From Rhina ancylostomus (taxonomy: Eukaryota), in assembly GCA_030265395.1 (NCBI GenBank), contig JARFYF010000002.1:45576293-45640292 (forward strand): a stretch of DNA of 64,000 bases, written 5' to 3'. Shown here in pieces: positions 1 through 11,093 of the stretch. The position numbers and the translations under genes are program-made. The notes below the pieces were generated by a model. That model ran no database searches, was not told the origin of the DNA, and saw only the letters and a program-made list of their open reading frames with translations. The stretch's first letter is position 1. Every line of letters begins with the position of its first letter.

Positions 1-299
1 TGACAAACAACTAGGATGAATTCTAAATATATTTTTGAAACTATTTTCAGAAAATAAAATTTGCTATAGATGATTTAAACTGACATAACTTCAAATCCCA
101 ATTTCCTGTCCTGAAGGTTTATTTTTGTAACTTATGTTGTATTGTACTTTTTAGTTAAATCTGTCACTGACGTCTGTATTTATCCTTAGGCAAGATAAAT
201 ACTTGGCCTTGGCCACAAGTAGTTAATTGTTTTGTCCCTTGATCCCAAGAATTAGTTAGTGTCACTCCAATTCACTTCAGAGGTTTGTAGGTTCATGTC

Positions 300-640
300 T
301 TTCAAAGATTTGGACACAAAATCTTAGCTGCTAATCTAATGCAGTAGTGAGGAAGTGCTCCAATGTCACAGATGAGTCATTCAGATGACCTATTAAACCA
401 GAGCCTGTTCTGGTCAGATGCAAGAAATCCTATGAAACTACTTCAAAGAAGAGCAAGGATGTAACTCCTAACGTCCTGAAGAATATTCATCCTTCAATCA
501 ATGCCACCAAAGCAAATTATCTATACAACGTCACATCCCTCTTTGTGAGAGTGACCACACTTCATTTGTTGTGTGGTACTTAGGAATGACCCGAGAACAT
601 TTTAGGTGAAACATTAGTACAGATCTGCCTTTCTACAAAC
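300..640 (+). mobile_element. Degenerate DeuSINE/SacSINE-like SINE
   Basis: Blocks such as tcagatga..ttaaaccagagc, actacttcaaagaagagcaagga and aatattcatccttcaatcaat are collinear with the element at about 62900-63400 and resemble the Deu-domain SINE body. Confidence 0.5.
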
Positions 641-1449
641 AGTATGAAGGAAAATAATGTATGGGTTAAAATGAGAAGTGTGCTTCCTTTATATGACTTG
701 ACCTGTCATCTCCCAAGTTTTTTTTTTCATTTGATGTAGGTTTTAGTTAAATGAACTAGAAATTAAATACACATTCTTCTTGCTCCCTGATGCAGCTTAT
801 CTCAACGACCTGTCACTGCATTCTGATCTTTACTCCATTTTTAGGTGGATCCAATCCAAGCTATACCATTTCCCTGATATAGTCTGCACATCTGTGCTTC
901 TTGGATGTAATTGAAATCTTCTTTGCTAATTACCCAGAGGTCTCTCATAAAGTGGACAAAAGTTTAGTAATTGGCTTGTCTCAGGTATACTTGCATGGTT
1001 CAGAGAAAGCTCCTAATTTTTAAGCCATTAAATTTAAAATAATTGGTGTTGAGCCATTTCTTTAGGTTCTAGCAATTTTTTTTGCATATCATCTGTTAAT
1101 AACATTCTGTTTCCTTCAGATATTGTCAACCAATTCTTATTAGTTCATTTACATTATTCTGAGTTTAATCAAATGATGGGTTGGATGCATTATACTGCAT
1201 AATGTAACCAGGAGAAGAGAGTGAGGGTGGAAGCAGCTTATCATCTGGCTTATAAATGATTAGTTGCTCAAGGTTATTTGTGAACAATCAAGAAGACATA
1301 CAGGTTAATGGAGACATGCAGCAGAACACATCATCATGAACCGTATGAACATGATTTGAACAATGCAGATGCAGCAGTTACATAAGTTAATATATTTTGT
1401 TTCCAGATTGTTGCATGAGAACCAGAACATTTGGAAAAAAGTGATTTAA

Positions 1450-1498
1450 GTAAAGAAATCAAACAAACATCAAATCATGTTCATATTCAAACTTTATT
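1450..1498 (-). terminator. Candidate polyadenylation signal with downstream GU/U-rich element
   Basis: Minus-strand AATAAA at 1493-1498, followed about 20 nt later by TGATTTGATGTTTGTTTGATTTCTTT. Confidence 0.35.
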
Positions 1499-4400
1499 GG
1501 TAGCAGAAGCTAATTACAAAGCTTGTCATTATTAGAAAGAAACTCCAATGGTTTACAAAGGTCTGAATAATTATTATCAGTGGCGATATCATTGTAATTA
1601 TTAAGAGAACCGACCACTGGTGCCTAGAAACTATTGGATGTTTAGTAAAACATTTATGTACAAAAGCACACAGAAGGTATAGAGAAATAAAGTGTCGATT
1701 TGGGTATGAAACAGAGCCTTCATAATTCAGTATCGGTGATAAACTAAAGCTCCTCCTCCACTAAGAACAAGATTTAAACCTTCCCTCATTATCAGATCCA
1801 ATTCCCACTCAATTATCAAGCAAAAAGCAATTCTAAGAGAAAATAGTCAGGGTGTCCATGAATCTTTGTCCATTTTAACTCCCTATCCTCACTGATTTGA
1901 CAGCACTGTGTTTGCCCAAAGCCAGATGGACTGATGGAAGAGCCAATTGTGGAACAGCAAAAAGTGTAGAGGGTTGATAGTGCCAGAGGGAACCATCTGG
2001 GTATAAGGATAAATAAAAGATGGAGTTATTCAAATAGTTGCCACTGGTAAGAGAGAGAGTGAAAGCCAGGGTAGGGGAGGGCCAAGAGTTGCTTGTGTAG
2101 TCCGTTGGAATAACCTTTCTCCTCCAATCTTCATAGAAAGTTTAAAAATAAAGCTAACTTTGCCAAACAGGTAAAAATTTAAATAAAGAGATTGAGCTGT
2201 GACTTTTCTATGTAAAATAGAGCTTCTGGCTGTGCATGATGTCAATTACAATGCTAGAGGGTGTGAATACACAAGGGCACAGGGCAATCATCTCCCCCTG
2301 TTCTACATCTTAATGTTCATTTATCTCTAGTTATAAAGTATTCTCACTTGGTTGTTGCTTAGAATATATATTTCTAAATATATGCAGATTGGATACACGC
2401 AACAGGAGTATGTGCTAGACCCATGCCTTCAGGTTGACAGAACATAATTCCAAATCCAGAATAGATTTAAGGCCATTATAAATCTGATTACCATATTCCC
2501 AAGTACAAGTCCATTATTTTTGCCATAACATTATCTAACATTGCTAAATAACTAAAATCCAAAGCACTACTGAGCAAATATGCATCGATAATCCTCTCTC
2601 TGCCACAAAAGAGTATGAAATCAAGGCCTGTGGGCAAACACAACTGTCTGCAATATAGATCCAAAGATTTAGAGGATAATTCTACAGTCTGGATCATCCC
2701 TATATTTGCATCCAGTCATAGATAAATATAGCAGATGATCACCTTTTGACAAGTAGCAAGACTTCTTGCCAACTTCCTGTTCTGATGGTTAAAAGTAAGT
2801 ATTAACATAACTCATTTTGATACCCCTAAGTGCTTAAGACAAATTCAAAATTCAATGCAATAGAAAAGGCATCAAACTTGATGTTCATATGTATTTCATA
2901 GTATTAATAAAGTGAGCTGTTCCAGATTCAGATTTATTGCTTAAGATATATTTTTACTATTAATGCTATTATTATTTGATTCACCAGTAACTAAAAATGT
3001 GGATTTCTGAGAAAAATAGAAATTCTGGTGCACCCAAATGAATGCAATAGATCATTGTACCAGTGGCATGCTTGTTAGGGACTGTTAGACATGGGACACC
3101 TTTCAGGAGTTATGGGATGGGGGTAGCAGCCAGTTAATACAAACAAAAATCAAACTTCAGTTGGGGACATGGATAGCTGCATGAGTACACACCATAGTCT
3201 TCAGAGAGCACCATCGCTCATTACAGTAGAAATGGAAGGCTGTTTTTGGTGCATCAAATCCCATCAAAGCTTCTCTTCTTAGTTCAGATGTGCTCCCAAT
3301 GTGAATATGTAATTCTACTGAGCCATTTACCCACACCCAAAATGTTGAAGTTGAAACTGCATTTAATCACCTGCTGCTATCTTTTTGCTTAAAGAGTATA
3401 AAGTCTCAATGTACTTTGACTTCATTGAGATTTTCCAGAGTTTTCCAAAGAGGGATTCTTCTAGAATGCCTGCTTGCCATGCTGAATAAAGACCACCTAC
3501 ATCTACAGCTCTAGTCTCCGTGTGGCTCATTCAAAGTCACAACAATATTTACAACTGTTTTGGTGGTGGAGTAGGTGTGTGGTAACTGCAAGAAAGATTG
3601 GGGCCAGGTCGAGGAGGATTCTGACCAAGTGATAGCGGTCTGTAAAAAGATCAGGCTGTTCACTGTGGGCCTCAGGAGCAAGATTGGGGTTGGGGAGGAC
3701 ATATGGTGTGAGATGCCCGAAGGATCAAGAATAAACATAGCATTTACTTGACTATGAAGAACGAATTGACCCTGGAATCTCTAACAATAGTAATACTTGA
3801 TCTAATTTACCCCACAATGCACCAAACAGTGAGTTGAGTGGTAAATGATGTCATCCCTTGATTAGTTTGTAAACTAATCAAGGGATGACAGACCCATACA
3901 GACAAATTACTTTGGCATGTGCCTGATCAAATGTCTGAAGTGTTACATACTGACCATGGGAAATGGTCATTATTACATTTCACCCTGCGTAAAGACACTT
4001 TCCAATTACTTAATGGTGAAAAAAGCTGCATTACAGGTTTGAATTTCAAGATCTGCATGTCATGATTTTAAACTATGCTCTCATCTGGACGATAAAGAAA
4101 TTAAGTAATGTATTGTCTCATGTTTTTGGAACTCATTAATTAGGCAAACTATTTACTCAGCCAAATGTGCCATTGCTACCTTTGTACTGTGGAGCAGAAA
4201 TTAGTTTTCCACACTTTACTGCCCAGTGACAGTTTTAATAAGTACAAATGAAAGTGCAGAACAGAATAACTTTCTCTTTGCCTCTGTTTCTATGTGTGAG
4301 TTGGTGATAATAGTTGAATTATGGACAAACACTGAATGTCGAGTGACTTTATGCTTGAATTCTTTAGAATACAGCAACAATTTTTTTTTAAGGTATTGGA

Positions 4401-4800
4401 ATTCCTGCTGTGCTGGATCTCCCATTTTGTTTGCTTATTAACCTAAAGCTTTTGAGTCCATTATTTAACAATGTTCTTTATAAGTAGCAAGACCTTTCAC
4501 AATCTGTATGTCAATCCATTTTGCTTCCACTAATATTTAGTTAAAAATGTGACTAAACTTTCATGAAGAGCTGATCTTCCAAATTAATTTTTTCTATAGT
4601 AGATTCTTTTAACCTAGCGAAGGAAAATTGACATGTGGATCCATCATTCAGCCAGATCCTTCAGACAATTTCAAATTGAAATATTTCCAATGCTGATCAT
4701 CATTTGAGTATTAGAGATTTTTGAGTTAAACAATGACAAAAAATTATACAAGGGGAAGAAGTCAGGTTTGGTTAGAAAGGTTATAAGGATGTAAATGTAC

Positions 4801-4860
4801 CTGGATAAATATTCCCAAGTGTGTACATGTCAATCACATAGCGACAGAACTGATACTGAT
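4801..4860 (-). CDS. TRDN: Triadin 60-nt exon (equivalent of exon 9) with the conserved Cys
   Basis: ccctgacag|ATCAG...CCAG|gtacat, phase 1-1. DQYQFCRYVIDMYTLGNIYP matches triadin DQYAFCRYMIDIFVHGDLKP. Confidence 0.93.
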
Positions 4861-6539
4861 CTGTCAGGGCAGAAGGAAAAGAACAGCAATGAAGACAATG
4901 CACAATGAACAGAGTGAAACCAAAGGGGAGGGTTGATTGGCTTCCATCAGCTTCAGCTGTAAAGGTCAATGGAACAAGCAGTTCCAATCACCACCAGTAC
5001 TGCTGAGTAAACAAAACACTTACACTTAGCATCAAAGGTGTACTTGTGTTCCATTTTCTCTGACTCATTTTTTTTATCCATTCCATTGGGATTGAAAGTT
5101 TCACAGAGTTTTCATTTCATATAAAAAAGAAAACATGTGAAACTAGAGAATAATTCTTCATTTGTGCTGTGCTTGGGATCAATAAAGAAAAAGGTATATC
5201 AATCAGCAATGTGATCAAAGTTTTACAGGGTTAACTATTGGCATTTTTGTGCTATATCTGAAATGAGGGAAATAACTATTGTAAAAATATATAATGGCAA
5301 GCTTAAAAGAGATTTTTTATAAATTTTGTTGTGACCAAGGGCAATTACAGCGAACAGTATCAGATCACATGTGGTTTTTAAATTAAGTCATTCTATTGGG
5401 ATTCTGCTTGACACGAACTGACAATGCAGTCACACTCAGATTAATCATGAAGTGGATTTGTATGTGTATTCTTGATTGCATAGAAAGAGCCACTTTTTGA
5501 TGGCTAATTTTTATATTGTCAGTGTTTGTTGGCATTCTTGATCATTGTTGAAATATTCCTTAGAAAAGTGTTAAGTTTCCAAGGGATTCAGTGTGAATTT
5601 TACACTGTACTCAGCTGCAGCCAGGAAATTGCTTCTAAGAACCATTCGTTTCAGCAAGATCAAAATTCATATTGAGAGCTGATTCCTAATTTACATGTCC
5701 AGCTCTGCACTCAAAAATTCGTATTATTGGAAAATTGCCAGAAACGTGGCACATATTACTTCTTTTTCAGCAATGTTGCAAGACTTTTTCTTTACTACAG
5801 TGTGCCTTTACAGATGTTTCAAAATGCAGAATAAATGCAGGCATTACAAAAAGTATAAACTATTATTCCAACAAAGAATCAGATACTTTCAGGAGATACC
5901 TTGAATTTGATGAGATTAATCATGAGCTTTACAAAATTAATTAGCAGGCTATTTTGGTAGCTAGTAATAGCATATTTTGATTGAAAAATCATATTTCGAA
6001 TGGTCAAATATGTTTAGATGAATTAAATGTTCTTCCCATTTCAACAGCAGTACATAAGCCCTCTGCAAAATAATGACAATGCTTATTAATGGTTTCACTG
6101 AATAGATTTCATGCTAGTTGAATAGGCATGCTGGCAATATGACCTGAAAAGGAGATTTTCTTTTTCTTTTTGATCTACGATAGCTGGAACTAAGATGCTA
6201 TATTTAATATAGGTGATGAGTTATACCCCAAAATTTTTTTCATGACATTCACAGTGAAAGGCACAAATAGACCCAATTTCAAGCTGTCAGTTCACTCTGC
6301 TTTTTGGGAGTTTGAGTTATATAGATGAGGCTAAAATGAAATTTGATATTTAGTGCAAAGAACCAATTGGAAAGAAAGCACTATTCCTTCACAGTTAGAT
6401 TAATCCTTACTTATGATTTTGGTGTAATATTGTGAAAAGATAATTGATTTTAACTTATATCACAAAATCAAAGTAAAGCCAACAGAAACATCAAACTTTT
6501 TTTTTTGTTTTGGACAGTTATCATCTATAACAACTGCTC

Positions 6540-6631
6540 TTATGCCCCATACTTTTTCTTTTGATGTCTCTCTGATGCCTTACTTTGGTTTTTATTACTA
6601 ACATTCCTTTTGTGATTATTTGTCTTTTCAC
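6540..6631 (-). CDS. TRDN: Read-through C-terminal tail of a short (Trisk32/CT1-like) triadin isoform
   Basis: The frame stays open for 30 codons past the donor (GEKTNNHKRNVSNKNQSKASERHQKKKYGA) to TAA at 6540-6542. The divergence point matches that of the mammalian cardiac isoform. Confidence 0.6.
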
Positions 6632-6928
6632 CTTTATCCTTTGATTTTTGCTTCACTTTGGTATCTTTCACTTTTACTTCCTCCTTGCTTGCTTTCTCAG
6701 ACTTCCGTTCACTGGGCTCCTTCTTGTCTCTCTTCTTAGCTCTCTGTTCTGTTTCAAACTTGAGTTTCTCATGTTCTTTCTTCAGTTGGATCTTTGCCTT
6801 CACTTTGTCCTCTTCTTGGGGTTTTCTTTCATGTTTCTTAACTTTTTCTACCTTTTTCTCCAGCTTTGTGACTTTAAGCTGTTTCTTCACTTTTTCTTCA
6901 ACTTTAGGTATTTTAACTTTCTTATCTA
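6632..6928 (-). CDS. TRDN: Triadin long KEKE-rich exon (equivalent of exon 8)
   Basis: Acceptor tttttttccag, 297-nt open K/E-rich frame (VDKKVKIPKVEEK...KQKSKDK), donor AAG|gtgaaa. Splicing here supplies the G of the GAT codon that starts DQY in the next exon. Confidence 0.85.
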
Positions 6929-7111
6929 CTGGAAAAAAAAACAATAGTTTTTTGAGTAACCTTTCTCAGTTAAGCTTCCTAGTCTTCAAAAGAAATCATT
7001 TGCAAGCAACTGAGATGTCAAAGTACCCTTCCAGAAATACTGTTAATGTAAAACAAATCCCCTATGGTATTAGTCAGGTTACAATGTTCTGTATTTGTCT
7101 TGGAAAACACT

Positions 7112-7165
7112 GGGGTAGGCACAGTAGAGCAGTGGTTAGCATAACACTATTACCGCGCCAGTGAC
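7112..7165 (+). mobile_element. tRNA-derived SINE 5' head, cut by an assembly gap
   Basis: ggcacagtagagcagtggttagcataacactattac..ccagtgac matches the head of the SINE at 7809. Confidence 0.6.
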
Positions 7166-7384
7166 NNNNNNNNNNNNNNNNNNNNNNNNNNNNNNNNNNN
7201 NNNNNNNNNNNNNNNNNNNNNNNNNNNNNNNNNNNNNNNNNNNNNNNNNNNNNNNNNNNNNNNNNAGATTTGGGTTCTCTGTGAGTTTGCTCTGGATCAA
7301 CACTGTGACAATATGGGCCTTATGTAGGTGGGAAGGGTGTTTGTTGGATTACAAAAGGCAATCCATAACTCCCTGATGCAAACC

Positions 7385-7808
7385 CATGGCTCCTGGAAAG
7401 TGGTGATGCAAATTGGTAGGGTAGAGAGGAAGGCATCTGGTAATTGTCTTCATTGGCCAAGGCACCGACTATAAGAGTTCAAATGTCATGTTGTGGCTGT
7501 ACAAAGCATTGGTTAGGCTGCACTTAGAGCATTGTGTACAGTTCTGGTTGTCACACTACAGGAAGGATAAGGTTACATTAGAGAGAGTGCAGAAGAGATT
7601 CACCAGAATGTTGCCTGGAATTGAGGGCTGTAGTTATAAGGAGAGATTGGATAGGTTGGGTTTATTCTCACTGGAACATGGTAGATTGAGGGATGACCTT
7701 ATAGAGGTTTATAAAATTTTGGGGGGCATAGATAGGAGAGACACTTAGAATCTTTCTTCCAGGGCTGCAGAGTCCAGAACTTGAGGGCACAGGTGTAAAG
7801 TGAGAGGC
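7385..7808 (+). mobile_element. CR1-clade LINE fragment (ORF2 C-terminus)
   Basis: ORF 7488-7748 reads LYKALVRLHLEHCVQFW..LERVQKRFTRMLPG..YKERLDRLGLFSLE..LRDDLIEVYKIL, the hallmark CR1 ORF2 end. Confidence 0.9.
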
Positions 7809-8117
7809 GGGCAGGCATGGTAGTGTAGCGGTTAGTGTAACACTATTACAATGACAGTGACCCAGGTTCAATTCTGGCCACTGTCTGTAAGGAGTTTATA
7901 CATTCTCCCTGTGCCTGCGTGCATTTGCTCCGGTTGCTCCGGTTTCCTCCCACATTCCAAAGATGTACAGGTTAGGAAGTTGTGGGCATGCTATGTTGGA
8001 GCCGGAAATGTGGCAACACTTTCTGGCTGCCCCCAGAACACTCTTTGCAAAAGGTGCATTTCACTGTGTGTTTTGATGTACATGTGACTAATAATAAAGA
8101 AATCTTATCTAATCTTA
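7809..8117 (+). mobile_element. Near full-length tRNA-derived V-SINE
   Basis: A-box-like tggtagtgtagcgg, B-box ggttcaattc, V-domain-like gctccggtttcctcccacattccaaagatgt, and an aataaa plus (atctt)n tail. A second copy lies at 52677. Confidence 0.85.
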
Positions 8118-9526
8118 ATGTTTCATGTATGCTTGAAATCTCACTTAATAACAACTCACTTAATTGGTGAATTGATAAAATGTTGATGGGCATATTTGAT
8201 TCCTAATGCTTATTCAATATTTTCAGATATCTCATTTAAAGTACCAGTACACTCAGATGAGGCACACTTACACTTGCATCTTATTCTCCATCAGCAAACT
8301 TCCAGGGCAAGTTTCTAAAGGCAATTCTAAAGCTATTTATTGGATTGTGTCCAGCTCCTTCATCATTTTAAAACCTTAACCACATTCTCTGTCTTCTTTC
8401 TCAAAAGAAATAATCCTACCTCAAGTTCATTCTTATCAGCACTATTCATGGAAAATTCAGCCCCTTGAGCCTGTTCTGCCACTCAATTAAATTTTGGCTG
8501 AATTACATATACCTGCTTTTGTTCCAAATCCCTTGATAACCTTCACCTAAAACAAATCTATTGATCTCAGTCATGAACATCTTAATCAGCCCTGCATTCA
8601 ACAAGCTGTTAACGGAGAGAGTTCCAAATCCATATCACCTAATTTCATTCCTAAACACTCAAGCTCTAATTTTACAAGGGCACCACGTTGTTCTGAATTA
8701 ATTTTTGGTAGTTGCTAAATAAAGAAATTTTAAAAGACCTTTAATCCTCAGAAGACTTAATCTGCACCATTACTATTACCTTATAAAATCATATCATTAC
8801 TTTAAACATACAATTTCAATGGAAGAAAAGCTAAGCATTTGTAATGAGACTCATAGGTTTTCCTTTTAAGTTTAAGTTTCCTTTTAAGACCTGTGTTTTC
8901 CAAGACCTGTGTTTCCTTCCTATGTTTGGTGATCAAAATTGACAGGGAAATAGGTAAATCTATGAGTGAAACTGTGACTGTTCTGTGAGTATGCAATGTT
9001 TTTTACATGTTAATTCTATGATAAAATGTATGAGTTTAATAATATTATGCACAGAAGGTTAATAAGGAGCTGCTACAAACATATTATGCCAAGGACTTTG
9101 GTGGATTGATTGGGATGGAACATTTTTATGGCTGAATTATTAAGAAAAAGCTCACCTCAATCAACTCTACAACTGAGCAGAGCAATCAGCTGCAATGCGG
9201 ATATTAGCCTTATCATAACATTTTTAAGTGGTCCACTTGATGCAACCTTGGAATCTTGTGATCTACTATCTAGGGATGTTTGCAGCTCTTTGTCGACAGA
9301 AAAAAAATTAATGTTCTTGCCATTTGCCTAAACTACAGCTACCAGTAGGTTTAGTGTTCATGCATCCCTGTGTAACATTTAGTCAACTACAGACAAGTTA
9401 TATTCTTAGAATTTGAACAAAATTATTTAATCAAAAGAATGAATAATGAAATTGATATTTTTATTTCTCTACACAAGGGTAACAACAAACATTTCTTTGC
9501 TTTTAAAAGTCCTGGTTGGTGGTTAC

Positions 9527-9598
9527 CTTTCATTGGAGCTTTTTGTTTCACTTCTTCTTTTACTTTTATCTTCTTTTCAGGTTTCATTCTTTTACTCT
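9527..9598 (-). CDS. TRDN: Triadin 72-nt K/E-rich exon (ESKRMKPEKKIKVKEEVKQKAPMK)
   Basis: Acceptor ctttcactcacag, donor AAG|gtaacc, phase 1-1. The KPEKK motif is typical of the triadin luminal domain. Confidence 0.85.
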
Positions 9599-9646
9599 CT
9601 GTGAGTGAAAGTGCAAAACATTGATGTTGAGAAAACAATGGAAAAG

Positions 9647-9684
9647 TGTTACGGACTAGGTTACAATTAGTGAGGTTCCCTTAA

Positions 9685-9723
<39 letters not shown>

Positions 9724-9823
9724 NNNNNNNNNNNNNNNNNNNNNNNNNNNNNNNNNNNNNNNNNNNNNNNNNNNNNNNNNNNNNNNNNNNNNNNNNNNNN
9801 NNNNNNNNNNNNNNNNNNNNNNN

Positions 9824-9862
<39 letters not shown>

Positions 9863-9900
9863 TTAAAGGAACCTCACTAATTGTAACCTAGTCCGTAACG
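9647..9900. mobile_element. TIR element (Ginger-like MITE) with (TG)n/(CA)n inside the arms; centre is an N gap
   Basis: About 42-bp inverted termini TGTTACGGACTAGGTTACAATTAGTGAGGTTCCCTTAAGATT, with one internal mismatch and a changed terminal base. Flanked on both sides by AAAG (9643-9646 and 9901-9904). Confidence 0.6.
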
Positions 9901-10197
9901 AAAGCAACTAAAGCAGTATGGTAAAAGGATGTTGTTCAGCAAGATCCTTTCTCAAGGAGATCCAAGTCTGTTAATGGTGCACCAACTATCTTCGTATTCA
10001 TCAAACACTGGTTTAATTTCACCATGAGCAGAGAACAGGTATTTAAATGGGTATCCAATAAAATGCCTTAATAGTAAAGTGCAAATACAATTATTTTGCT
10101 GTATTGTCTGCATTATCATGTGTTCTTATCAATCAATACTGTCAGATTTGCATAAAAGTTAAAGAACAAGTGAAATATATTGTAAGTTTATTCTTAC

Positions 10198-10209
10198 CTA
10201 GTGGTGGAG
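10198..10209 (-). CDS. TRDN: Probable triadin 12-nt micro-exon (APPL)
   Basis: Long polypyrimidine acceptor ttttttgtcttctttttcag, exon CTCCACCACTAG, strong donor gtaaga. Phase 1-1 and frame-preserving. Confidence 0.7.
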   Translation of the reverse strand, partial: LHH

Positions 10210-11000
10210 CTGAAAAAGAAGACAAAAAAAAGGAAAATTATTATTTTACAAGTAATTAATCTGCTCCTTATTTTATCCTTAATTTAAACACAAAAATAAC
10301 CAAGTTCACATGGCTAGTTTTTACTTAACCTTTTTTCTATTAGGTGTGTTATAGGAGGAAGGATGATAACTGTCAGTTCAACATATAAAAATGACCATAA
10401 AATTTCATTCATCCCTCTGAACTTCTGTCCTTGTGAACATCGTCCTTGTGAAGGACAGTGTCTAATTTGGATTTCAATGCATTTTATTTAATCTGTTTAT
10501 AAAATGAAACGATATTGACTGCTCCCCTCCAAGGCCAGAATGCTCGGGTGAGTGGCAGTCAACTTGAATATTTAGTCCCGGTGTAAGATTACAGATTAGA
10601 TCAGTAGCCCCTTTCCCTTGCAGTAGCAGTTTCCACTGAATACCACCTGCTTAGTAGCTCCCACTTTGGCTTCCAGCACAACATCTGAAATAATACTGAG
10701 TTGCTGTGCATAACTGTGCTAAAGACTGGGGAATTATCCTGTTTGTTTGCAAAAAGGCCATGTGTAAATGAAAACCTCTGGAAGAAACTGTTATGAAACC
10801 CCTGAGCACCATAATTTCAGTATATGTTTCAACAGTTTTGACTCAACACTGTAAATGATGTTGGCCAATATCACATTTAAGTCTTGCATAACTGGCCTCA
10901 GTGTAACCTGGGGATAGGCAAGGAAACAAAAGTAAACGGATCTCTGTTCCAGGTTGCTATCCGATCTCTAATCAGATGATCAGTGAGAGATTGTGACATA

Positions 11001-11093
11001 AAAACAGAAAACGGTGGAAACACTCAGCAGGTCAAGTAACATCTGTGGAAAGGGAATCAGTTAATGTTTTAGGTCTGAGACCCTTTGTTCCAG
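11001..11093 (-). repeat. Penelope-derived (pLTR-like) short repeat, degenerate
   Basis: aaacagaaaa..ggaaacactcagcaggtca..catctgtggaaa..gttaatgttttaggtctgagaccctt is similar to copies at 15608, 22401, 22965, 29461 and 59898. Confidence 0.55.

Noticed and set aside
6648-7164. Hydrophobic F/L/S-rich plus-strand ORFs (99 and 168 aa) that look like membrane proteins
   Set aside because: They are antisense shadows of the A-rich KEKE triadin exon.
9656-9891. CV/HT-repeat ORFs, and other X-filled ORFs across gaps
   Set aside because: Translations of microsatellite and N runs.
10325-10369. Possible tiny exon just upstream of the 12-nt exon
   Set aside because: The good donor gives 7 or 40 nt (frameshift); the 12-nt option needs a weak donor.
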